Below are positions 13,001-24,834 of a stretch of 64,000 nucleotides of DNA, in pieces; within the stretch, counting starts at the first letter, position 1, and each line of letters starts with the position of its first letter. This DNA is from Laetmonice hystrix. Taxonomy: Eukaryota. Both the position numbers and the translations under genes were made by a program. A model generated the notes under the pieces. The model did no database searches, had not been told where the DNA came from, and saw only the letters and a program-made list of their open reading frames with translations. Location: assembly GCA_965235115.1 (NCBI GenBank), contig OZ249437.1, forward strand, positions 33,542,001-33,606,000, given 5' to 3'.

Positions 13001-16000
13001 TTGTGCAGGATCCAAGATCTAAAAAATGGATCCATCTTGACACAGCAGTGACATCAAGAGTTGTGGATGTTGACAGGGAAGAGGTTCTCGATGCCGTCTC
13101 TGGAGAGCCAGTAAAACTGCAGGAAGCTTTACAGAAGAATGTCATTGTAGATGTCGTAAGACCTGACCTCAGTCTGACCTATTTCATAGATAGAGGTCTG
13201 TATGACCCGGTTTCTGGCCAGGTCTTTGACATGCGGGATGGCAAGTACAAGACATTGAAGGAAGCCATCAGCTGTGAGCTTTTGAATGGGGACTCGGTCC
13301 CTGTCAGCTCTCTGAAGACCGAAGAAGAGATTATCTCTGAAAAAGAAGATAAAACAGATGACTTAAAGACACAAGAGTCCAAAGAGGTCGAGAGTGACGG
13401 GCAAGTTGCAGATGTCACAGAGTACCCTGTGAGTCAGACTGAAAAATATAAGACATTAGCAGAGAGAGCAAAGACAGTGCTAACTCTGCGAGATGCCATT
13501 GACTCTGGCGCCCTGGACATCAAGACGGGCCAATTAGTCGATCCTAAGACTGGCAAAGCCATGACACTGCAGGAAGCACTTGTGGCAGGTGTGATTGAGC
13601 AGGACTCGGTTCAGGTCAAAGATCGAAAGTCAGGAACCACGCTGCCATTTAGTGAGGCTGTCAAAGCAGGAGTCGTCAACCCCGAGGCAGGCCAATGCCT
13701 GAACACATCCACAGATGAAAGTATGTCTTTTGCTAAAGCTCTGGCAGTTGGAATGCTTGAACCTGTTGCCTTCCTCACCTTACAGCTGGCCCTAGACAAA
13801 GGTCTGATTGATGCCTCGACTGGAGAAGTTGAAGATCCACATTCGGGTAAAAAGGTCATGCTGAAAGAGGCCGTCAAGTCACGTCTCATTGATCCATCTG
13901 GTACATTTGTCCGTGACCCCAAGAACAGCAAACTGATAACTCTGGAAACGGCCATAGAGAAAGGTGTGGTTGATGGCAAGACGGGAGATATCCAAGATCC
14001 GTGTGGCCAGGCTGTGCCGCTGACCAAGGCCATCGGCTTCATTGTGGAAGTCGAGAGACCGTACAACAGCAGCCTTCCCACGCTGCTAGAGACAGGCTTG
14101 TACAACACAGACACATGTATGATATATGATCCCAGTGCTGGCAAAGAGGTCTCTTTGAGGGAAGCAATTGATGGAAAAATGGTAGACCCTAGGAAAACTC
14201 TTGTTATGGATGGGAAATTAGCATGTAGGATTCCACTTGAGGAAGCAATGCAGAATGACATACTGGATGCAAACACATGCAGAGTCACCGATCCAAGGTC
14301 AGGGAAAGGGTTGGCCTTAGAGGAAGCTGTTTCAAAAGGAGTAGTGTCTCAACCAAAGGATTATGCCCTAACCTTGGCAGAGGCCTTGACAGAATGTGTC
14401 CTCAACGAAGCAGCAGGCACTGTCTATAACTGCGTAACAGGGCTGTATGAACAGCTAGATGATGCCCTGAAATCTGGAACCATTGATGGGCGCCAAACCC
14501 AGGTGAAGGACAATGAGACAGTATCATACATTCCCTTGAGTACAGCCCTAGAGAAGGGCGTCATTAACTCAACCACTGGCAGAGTCAAAGACAAGTCTGG
14601 CAAGGAATTCACAATTAAGGAGGCCCTTCTCAAAGGCCTTATAATTGAAGGCACGTGCCCTACAAGGTCCATCCAGCAAGCTTTGGAAGATGACCTTTAT
14701 AACCACACAACAGGTAGATTCATTGACCCCAAGACTGGAACAGAGATGACTCTACAGGAGGCCATTGCAGCAGGTGTGATTGATGATACGGCACCTCTGC
14801 TCCAAGACCCACAGACTGGTAGGCACTTGACACTTGGAGATGCTTTGAATCAAGGCTTGATTGATGGGTTGTCAGGAAAAATGAAAGACCCTAAAACAGA
14901 ACTTAGCATTGACATTGCAGAAGGCCTTCAAAAGCCTCTTATTGTGTCAGACACAAAACCAACACCAACACCAACACCAGATGCGACCACCAAAGAAATC
15001 TCCTCAGAGACAGACACAGATTCAAAGGCTGAGATTGAAGGTCCTCAAACAGTTACAGATGAAGCCACTGACCTAAAGAAAAAATTAATGAAAGATCCAA
15101 CAACTGGGGAGTCTCTTGACTTGGATGACACAAGTGAAAAACAAACTGGAGAAGAAGATTCAAGTAAAGACAACACCCTAACTCCAGAAGAAGTATCACC
15201 AGTAGGCTCTCCTCTAGATGGTCATGTTAGAGTAAGAGCTGAACCTCTAGGTCTGAGTCTGGAGGAGGCATTGAACAGGGGCCTGCTGGATATTGATACA
15301 GGAAAAGTGGAAGATCCAAGTACTGGAAGGGAGATGTCACTAAGAGAGGCAATCAATGAAGGCCTCATAAGAGATGCCAGAACAAAACTTACAGGGGCAC
15401 ATGGTGTGAGTGAAGTGACCTTACTGGAAGCTCTTGAAAAAGGTCTGATTGACCCTGACACCTGCGAGTTAATGGACCCCAGAACATCAAGAAAGATCAG
15501 TGTAATTGAAGCTGTACAGCAAGGTCTAATAGTAGAGGCCAAGCAGCCTAAGATGAGCATGTCAGAGGCTCTGCAAAGTGGGCTCTACAATCCACAAACT
15601 GGGACGGTCAGAGACCCCGTAACTGGTCAGCAGAGGTCTCTTCTCGAGGCTATCGATGAGGGGATTATAGATGCAAGCAAACCAATATTGGACGATGTGT
15701 CACATAGCAGGCTTACGTTAGGGGAGGCCCTGACAGATGGAGTCATAGACTCTGAATCCGGTGAGGTAAAGGATCCAACTATTCTCGCAGCGATGCATCA
15801 TCTTGCAAGCAGAAAAACACTTGTTCCAGTGCAAGAAACACCTTCCGTCATAGGCGATGAAGCCCCAAAACGGGTTCGCAAAGCAATCACAATCCATGAG
15901 TCACTTCGGGTGAAAGTTCTCAATCCATTATCAGGATTAGTAACTGATCAAAGCACGGGAAAGCCTGTGACCCTTAGTGAGGCAGTTCAGAAGGGCATCA

Positions 16001-19000
16001 TCAATCCTGATTCCTTAAAAGTAAGGGATCCACGTGAGGACAAACTGATCAACCTCAAGGATGCATTCCACAGAGGAATCATTGATCCTCAAAATAGCCA
16101 ACACAGAGACCCAGTCACCGGCCAGACTTTGAAGCTGAAAGAGGCACTTGACTTAGGAGTGGCTCTCATGACAGACAGCGACAAGTCCTGGAGTATTGAG
16201 GAAGCCTTGAAGGAGGGTTTGTACAACCCAGACACAGAAATTGTGACCAATCCTACCACTGGTCAACACATGAAGCTCAAGGATGCCATCGAGATAAGAC
16301 TAATAAATGCCAGCCGTAGTAATCTCCGGGACCCGAGCACTGGAAGACTGAAACCCCTGGACCAAGCCATCAAGGAGGGAGTTGTGGTGGTTGGTGAGGG
16401 TGACCTGAAGGGGGCTCCTGCTGCTGTAACGGTGAAGGAGGCTCTCAAACAAGGTATGATAGTGGCAACCATGCTACTGGCAGATAGCCATGAGGATCCC
16501 TTTAAGGTTGCCACCAGAAAGCTATCTACACAACTCACAATGACAGTCCATCGTAAAATATCTGCTGCCTATGGAAAACAGCCGGAAATCAACCTGGAGG
16601 AGGCCATCCACTCTGGGATCATTGACCCGACCCGTATGATTGTGAAACATCCCATCAGTGGTGAATTCATCCCCATGACCGACGCCATCTCTGAGGGCAT
16701 TGTGGATCTTTCAACTGGCCACTACCACGACATTCAGCATAGGGAGAGCCTGACACTATTAGAATGTTTGGAAAGGGGCATTATCATTGCAGTTGCTGAT
16801 GAAACTGATGTGCAAACAGCCATGGAAAAGGGCCTGTTGGTAGAAGAAGTTGAGCAAGAAGATGAACCAAGCTCACCAGTTGAAGTACCCACAGAGCCTG
16901 CGATGGAAAGTGAAAAGCCAGAAGTGTCTGCTGTAGAGAAAATGAAACAAATAGAGAAAAAGTTGCTCAAAGATGTTGCTAGTGAAACCACAACAGCAGA
17001 GGACTCCTCAGTAGATACACCCATTGCTGACGCCAAGAGGACTGAGTTGACCAAGAAGGATTTATTAACGGGAGAATCTTTGTCATCTGCTGATCCACTA
17101 GATAAGGGTGTAATTGTCAAGGACATAAGACCAACGACCTCGGAACCAAAGGGAATCAGTCTTCACAAGGCCGTCAAGGATGGTTTGTATGACCCAGTAA
17201 CAGGGCGTGTCAAAGATGTAGAGCATAACTGTACCGTCACCCTCCAGGAGGCAATTGATGCTGGTCTCATTGATCCTGTGCAGTCCATCATCCAGGACCC
17301 AGACAGTCATGAGGATCTCAGCCTGCAGGAAGCCATTGACAGGAACCTGGTGGATGGTCAATTCGGAAAGGTGTTTGATCCCAACACTGGAGCCAAGATG
17401 CCCATAAACGAGGCCATCAGGCTAGGTATGGTAGACGCACCAAGGAGTATGGAGGATGAACAAGACGGTGCTGTCCCAGTATTGACAGGTGCTCTTACAC
17501 CAAGGGAACTGCTAGAGAAAGGTCTTGTAGATGATGCCACTGGTCAGCTGACCCATCCCCAAACAGGGAAGCAGTTCACACTAGCTGAAGCCCTTGATAA
17601 GGGTCTTGTGAATACAGCCACCACTGTAGTTAAGGATCCGAACACTGGTCGGTTACTGAACCTGGAGGAAGCTGTCAAGAAGGGCATAGTAGATGGGGAA
17701 TCGGCAGTCTACAACCATCCTACAGGGAAGGAGCCACTCTGCTTCACTGCAGCGATCAAGGAAGGGTTTATAGTGACTTCAGATGAACCAGTTCCACTAC
17801 AGGAAGCCATTTCCAGAGGGTTGTATGAGGCAGAAAGTGGGCTCTTCATTGATCCCAGCACACAGGAAAGGATACCACTTGAAGATGCTGTCTTTGGCGT
17901 GATTGATGCAAATACAACAAGTGTTCTGAATCCTGTAACAAAGGAAACGCTAACACTACAGGAAGCCATGGAATCTGGGCTAGTTGACGGACAGACAGGA
18001 GTGTTCTATACAAAGGGGATGAGTGCAAGTGTACCCCTGAACGAGGCACTGGCCTTAGGTTATGTGTTAGGCTGGGTTGCACGTGGAATTGTAGTACCTG
18101 AAGAACAGAAAGCACAGCCAGATACTTTAGATCTTCAAGTAGAGAAAATGGGTACCGTTACTGAAGCGATCACTGACGACCAACCTCAGGCTGATGCTCT
18201 TACAGACATTCAAACTGTCCTGGAACTTTTGCCAACCACCAAGGAAGGTATGGGACTTGAAGAGGATGCTGGTTCAACCGTGCTTCTTGACCCAGAGACC
18301 TCCAAGCCAGTATCATGGGATGAGGCAGTGAAAAAGGGCATTGTCGACCCATCCACTGGCACAATACTTAAGCCTGCTCAAGGTGAAACAGTTGGGCTAG
18401 AGAAAACGGGCCTAACCATTGGCTACATGGAACCACCGCGATCTGTTGAAGGTCAGACAGCAACTAGTGGGGTTGAAATTGAAAAGCCTGTAGTGCCCTA
18501 TGAGAGATCAGACTCCAAGTATGGAATGTCTCTGGTTGATTCCCTTGACCTTGGACTGTATGACCCAAAAAGAGCTAAGATCACAGACCCAAGCAACAGT
18601 GTGGAACTCTCGCTGGGTGAAGCCATGGATTGTGGGCTGATCAATGATAGCCTCCACGAAGTCGTCAACCCGGTCACAAAGAGAAGGATGGCTGTCGATG
18701 AAGGGGTGAGACAGAAGCTGCTTGATCGCAACCTGACGGTGTTTATCCACCCCGATGGGGAGAACCTTAGCCTAGATGAGGCCAAAAGACGTGGTTACAT
18801 ATCTAAGGGTCCAGATACACCAAAACACCTGTATCTGGTGGATGCCATTGACCAAGGCTTCATTGACAGTCAGACAGGCATGGTAACAGATCCTGTAACT
18901 GGCTCAGCCACACCCATCACCCAGGCAGCAGAAACTGGGCTGCTCGACCTCGACAGTCCACAGGTAAAGGACCCAAGCACTGGAAGGGAGATCACCCTTG

Positions 19001-22000
19001 CTGAAGCAATTGAGCAGGGTATAGTGGACAAACAAACAGGGCAGATTCTCGACCCAACCACAGGATCACCAATCTCTCTCCAAGAAGCAAAGGACAAGGG
19101 AATATTAAAAGAGCACGCTAAGGGGGTCACAATACAGCAAGCCCTGAACACCAGCATCCTGAATCCCAAGACTGGAATGATAACTCATCCTGAAACAGGC
19201 GAGCAGGTCACCATCAATGAGGCCATCAGGAGAGGCATACTGGATGGGGAGTCCCCACAGGTGACGGACCCCTTCATGCAGAGACCAGTTGGGCTTCAGG
19301 AGGCCATTCACAAAGGACTCCTTGATACAGATACAGCCGAAGTGAAGGACCCAAGTGGGAGGTTGCTTGATCTCATGAAGGCTCTACAAGAGGGCTTTAT
19401 CAAGGACCCACCCCCAGGTGTCACTCTCATTGAAACCATACATAAAGGATGGCTAGATCTCAGAACTGGTCTGGTGACAGATCCCATGACGATGAAGCAG
19501 TACAGCCTGAGTGAGGCCATCAAATATGGCCTGATTGATGGGAAGAGATCGATTGTGAAAGATCCGCATAGCAATGAAGAGATGTTGCTGCAGGATGCCA
19601 TACAGAGAGACATTGTTGACGGTGCCACTGGTACAGTAAGGGATTCGCATACTGGAGAGCTTGTATCTCTTGAAGATGCTTACAACCGAGGCTTGCTTAC
19701 ATCTGATGAAGCTAGAGCAGGGTTGACGGTTCAGGATGCGTTAACTAAGACTCTTGCAGCTGAGGAGGAAATGTTTGCTGAAGCAAGCCAGAAGAAGGAA
19801 AAGACTGAGAAAGTGGTCGACATTGTCAGAGATGCAATCATGACACCAGTAGCAGGAAGCATGGTGACGCTTGATAAAACAGTAGATATTGCCCCTAAAC
19901 CTGAAACAAAGCCAGAGGGCCAGAGACCTGCCATGGAGGTTGATGAATCATTGGAAGTCACTGAGGACAAACCTAAAGCACAGTCAGAGGTCCAGAGACC
20001 CGCCACAGAAGATAGTATGACTCTTGATGAACCAGTGGAAGTCACAGGCGACAAACCTGAAACACGGCCAGAGGTCCAGAGACCTGCTATAGAAGATTTG
20101 GTGACTCTTGATGAACCAGTGGAAGTCGCTGAGGACAAACCTGAAACACGGCCAGAGGTCCAGAGACCCGCCACAGAAGATAGTATGACTCTTGATGAAC
20201 CAGTGGAAGTCACAGGCGACAAACCTGAAACACGGCCAGAGGTCCAGAGACCTGCTATAGAAGATAGTGTGACTCTTGATGAACCAGTGGAAGTCACAGG
20301 CGACAAACCTGAAACACGGCCAGAGGTCCAGCAACCTTTTACAGAAGACATGGTGACTCTTGATGAACCAATGGAAGTCACAGGCGACAAACCTGAAACA
20401 AAACCAGAGATCCAGAGACCCGCCATGGAAGGTGAGGTGACTCTTGATGAAACAGTGGAAGTCACAGACAACAAACCTGAAACCCAGCCAGAGGTCCAGC
20501 GACCTTTTACAGAAGACACAGTGACTCTTGATGAACCAATGGAAGTCACAGGCGACAAACCTGAAACAAAACCAGAGGTTGAGAGTCCTGCTACAGAAGA
20601 TGCAGTGGCTCTTGATGAACCAATGGAAGTCACTGAGGACAAACCTAAATCACGACCAGAGGTCCAGCGACCTGCTACAGAAGATAGCGTGACTCTTGAT
20701 GAACCAGTGGAAGTCATAGGTGACAAACCTCAAACACGGCCAGAGGTCCAGAGACCTGCTACAGAAGATATGGTGACTCTTGATGAACCAGTGGAAGTCA
20801 CTGAGGACAAACGTGAAACACAGCCAGAGGTCCAGAGACCTGCTACAGAAGATAGCGTGACTCTTGATGAACCAGTGGAAGTCACAGGCGTCAAACCTGA
20901 AACACGGCCAGAGGTCCAGAGACCTGCTACAGAAGATATGGTGACTCTTGATGAACCAGTGGAAGTCACTGAGGACAAACGTGAAACAAAGCCAGAGGTC
21001 CAGCGACCTGCTACAGAAGATAGTGTGACTCTTGATGAACCAGTGGAAGTCACAGGCGTCAAACCTGAAATACGGCCAGAGGTCCAGAGACCTGCTACAG
21101 AAGATATGGTGACTCTTGATGAACCAGTGGAAGTCACTGAGGACAAACCTGAAACACGGCCAGAGGTCCAGAGACCTGCTACCGAAGACACGGTGACCCT
21201 TGATGGAAGAGTGGAAGTCACAGATGATGAACCAGTGGAAGTCACCGTGGACAAACCAGGAACCCAGCCAGATATCCAGAGACCTGCTACAGAAGATGCG
21301 GTGGCTCTTGATGAACCAGTGGAAGTCACCGTGGACAAACCAGGAACCCAGCCAGAGGTCCAGAGACCTGGTACAGAAGAAATGGTGACTCTTGATGAAC
21401 TAGTGAGAGTCACTGAGGACAAACCTGAAACACGGCCAGAGGTCCAGAGACCTGCTACAGAAGACACGGTGACCCTTGATGGAAGAGTGGGAGTCGCAGA
21501 TGATAAACCTGAAACACAACCAAAGGTCAAGGATGCCTCAGCCAAAGATGATGTAGATGGCGATCTTGATCAGCTTGAAACCAAAGCTGTTGACAAAGAG
21601 ACCATGGAGCGAAAGAAGAAGGACCTGGAGTCAACGACATGGGCAAAGGATGATAATGCAGAGGATGCCGAGAAACCTTTAGCAGGAATGGAGGAGAGCC
21701 AAGGGGTTTCTGTACAAGACTTGCTGACAGGTGTTGCTGTAGTTGAAAAAGTAATTGATACTGAGGTCAGCATTACGGAGGACAAACCATCGGAAAAGGA
21801 AGAAGTTATTGAAATTGACAAGTCTCCAGTTGATGCAGCAGCTGCAGTCGACACTGAAACGGTCAAAGATGTTGTAGGCAGGGATGAAATTCAAACCAGG
21901 GAATCTCCCCCCGAGACCCCATATGAACGACATGCGTTAACTTTCTCGGAGGTATTAGGTCAAGGACTGTTTGATCCCAGAACAGGTAAAATCCAAGATG

Positions 22001-24834
22001 AATACAGCGGAAAAGAACTAAGTATAGCCAAGGCCATTGAAAGTGGCTTGCTTGACAGAACTTCATCCATAATGGTTGATCCAAAGACAGGAAAACAAAC
22101 AAGTGTACAAGATGCTATTGATTCTGGCAGCCTGGATGGTGAAACAGCAGAAGTGAAAGTTTCTCAAACTGGAGAAGTTCTCTCCCTTGATGAAGCAAAA
22201 CGGAAAGGTGTGGTTGAACTTATCAGACCAAAGCCTGCATTTAATATAATTGAAGCTCTCAAGCAGGACTTGATTGATGCATCTGGAAAAGTAAAAGATC
22301 CTGTAACACAAAAGCAGTACAACTTGGCTGAAGCAATTCATGTTGGACTTGTTGACAGCACACAGACTGAGATTGTTAATCCCTTGACAGGTGAAACCCA
22401 AAAACTGACTGAGGCGTTGGAGAGTGGTGTTATCAATGTGGATGAGGGTACAGTTTATGACACAGAACATGACCAACACTTGTCCCTCACTGATGCTGTA
22501 AAGGCAGATATTCTGATGCAGATCCCAAGTCTGACAATCCTTGAAGCCCTGCATCAAGGACTGTTGGATCCCAAAACTGGGGCATTCAAAGAACCTGTCA
22601 CAGCCAAAGAACGCACCCTAAGTGAAGCCATCAAAACTGGTTGCCTTGATAGTAAGAGGCCAGCGTTGATAGACCCAGCCACGGGAACGGTGTTGACCCT
22701 GCGGGAGGCCCTGGAGGGAGATGTGATCAATCCTGTCACAGGTTTGATGACAGACCCTGCCACGGGTCTACCAATGCCTTGGGACACTGCCCAGGCTAAG
22801 GGTCTACTGATATCATACGAGGCCACACCGGGGTTAACCCTGTGCGACGCCATGGACCAGGGTCTCTATGATGAGGAAACGGGGAAGATCCAGGACCCAA
22901 GAACTCGAGTATTCCTATCAGTGAGAGATGCGGTGAAATGCGGGCTGCTCAGTGCTGACAAGCCTGAAGTCGTTGATGGTGGTGATGTTATTAGTCTACA
23001 AGAGGCTCTTGATAAAAACTTAGTGAACAGGAAGACAGGGAGAGTCAGGCAACCCCAGACAGGAAAACAAATCCCCCTGCATAAAGCTAGACAGGAAGGA
23101 ATAGTTGTCCCAGTTACACCAAAGAGAGGACTTACAATTATTGAAGCCCTTGATAAAGGCTTAGTTGATCCCAAATCAGGAAAGGTGACTGATCCAGAAA
23201 CGAGAAAAGTGTACTCATTAGCCAATGCAATAACAACAGGGCTCCTAGATCCTGACTCCCAAATGATGGATCCCAAATCACAAGAACCAGTAAGCCTTGA
23301 GAAAGCACTTGATCTGGGAATTATTGATGGGAAGAATGCTAATGTTACAGAGCCTAGCACAGGTAAGCAAATCCCCTTGCATGAGGCCCTAGAGAAGGAT
23401 CTTCTCAAAGAGAAACAACGCACTAGTCTAACTTTCTCAGAGGCCATAGAACAGAAGTATTTCAATCCAATGACAGGGAAGGTGTCAGACCCAGAGTCAG
23501 GTAAAGAATACAACATCCAAGAGGCTATCAAGGCAGGAATTTTAGATGGGGAAAGGTCTAAAATAGTCGACCCAGCTACAGGTGACAGTAAGAGTCTGCA
23601 GGAAGCTTTGAATGATGGGATATTGGATCCTGACAGTGGGAGAGTCCGAGATAGCAGGAACGATGAAAAGGTTGTTCTTAGTGAAGATGTTAGTGATGAA
23701 CCTGAGAGTATCAGGACTACGTTAGGACTCACCTTAGCTTTAGCTGTAGAAGCAGGATTCATAGACCCAAAAACAGGCATGGTCAAAGATCTAGGGAGTG
23801 GGAGGGAGATGCAGCTTAAGGAGGCAGTCAAGGCAGGCATTCTTGACGGTTCAGTAGAGGAGATTGTTGATCCAATCAGAAAGAAGTCGGTAAGTCTGGG
23901 AGATGCCCTGAGGACAGGGCTCATAGATGAAGCCTCAGGTTGCCTTGATGACCCGATCACCAAGAGGCTCATTCCCCTAGACCGAGCTGTAGAGACAGGG
24001 CTGGTTCTGGAGGTGCAGCCAACCATTCCAGTGGAGAAAAGTTCTCCAGTAGGTTTCACCATTAAAGAAGCCCTAGATAGGAACATCCTCGATCCAACAA
24101 CTGGTTTGTATACAAACCCAACAACAGGGGAGAAGTTTAATTTTGGTGAAGCTACTGCCAAAGGCTTGTTAGACGCAGTGTCTCCTCAGGTGTACGACCC
24201 AGAAACTTGTAATTCAGTGTCACTTCCAGAAGCTATTGAGAAGGGCTTGGTGACTGAAACTGGTGGCCAAGTCAAAGATGTTAGGACAGGAGAACTCCTG
24301 TCTCTTGATGAAGCCTGCAAAAAGGGCTTGATCAAGGGGGTGAAAGGAAAGAAGCCTGGTTCCATGTCTCTACAAGAGGCTATGGCTAAAGGTCATTATG
24401 ACATTGCCAGTGGGTTGTTCACTGACCCTACAACCGGGAAGCAGCATGACTTGGCTAGCGCCATTGTTGCTGGACTCATCGACCCAACACGGCGGAATGT
24501 TTCACCAAAAAAAGTACTCCAGACAGACACTGTGCGTGAAGGTTTTGTTGCAAGAGCTCCACTTCCTGAAGACGTGGGCTATGAGCATGAAGTGGGAGTG
24601 CAAAAAGAACTTGCTGTAGGTTTCACAGCAGCGAAGCCCTTGGAAGGTGTGACAGAAAAGTCTCCACAAGAAGAACTTTCCAAAGGTGAAGATGACACGA
24701 GTGTCAAGGAGATTTCCCCATCAGAGGGCAAGACCTTCTCAGTGGTGTCCGAGGAGCCACAGACAGACATCTTGTTTACCGAAGGCGAGACGCTCAGCTC
24801 TGCTAGTAGTCCAGACGGGGCAAGGGCACATCAG
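4078..24834 (+). CDS. shot: Spectraplakin giant exon B, 20,757 nt / 6,919 codons of plectin-like repeats
   Basis: Acceptor CTTTCAG|GAG (4077/4078), donor CAG|GTAATG (24834/24835), phase 0-0. Uninterrupted ORF (3961-24993 in the track). Confidence 0.88.
19897..21534 (+). repeat. Coding tandem repeat: 18 full copies of an 84-bp (28-aa) unit plus 2 partial copies inside giant exon B
   Basis: Consensus KPETRPEVQRPATEDSVTLDEPVEVTGD. Period 84 nt checked (20041, 20125, 20209). Full units span 19969-21504, one carrying an extra 24 nt. Confidence 0.95.

Noticed and set aside
246-24770. Dozens of long minus-strand and off-frame ORFs (e.g. 22866-24161, 19731-20726, 30046-31191)
   Set aside because: Antisense shadows of the repetitive coding strand (S/P/V-rich, no independent domain motifs)
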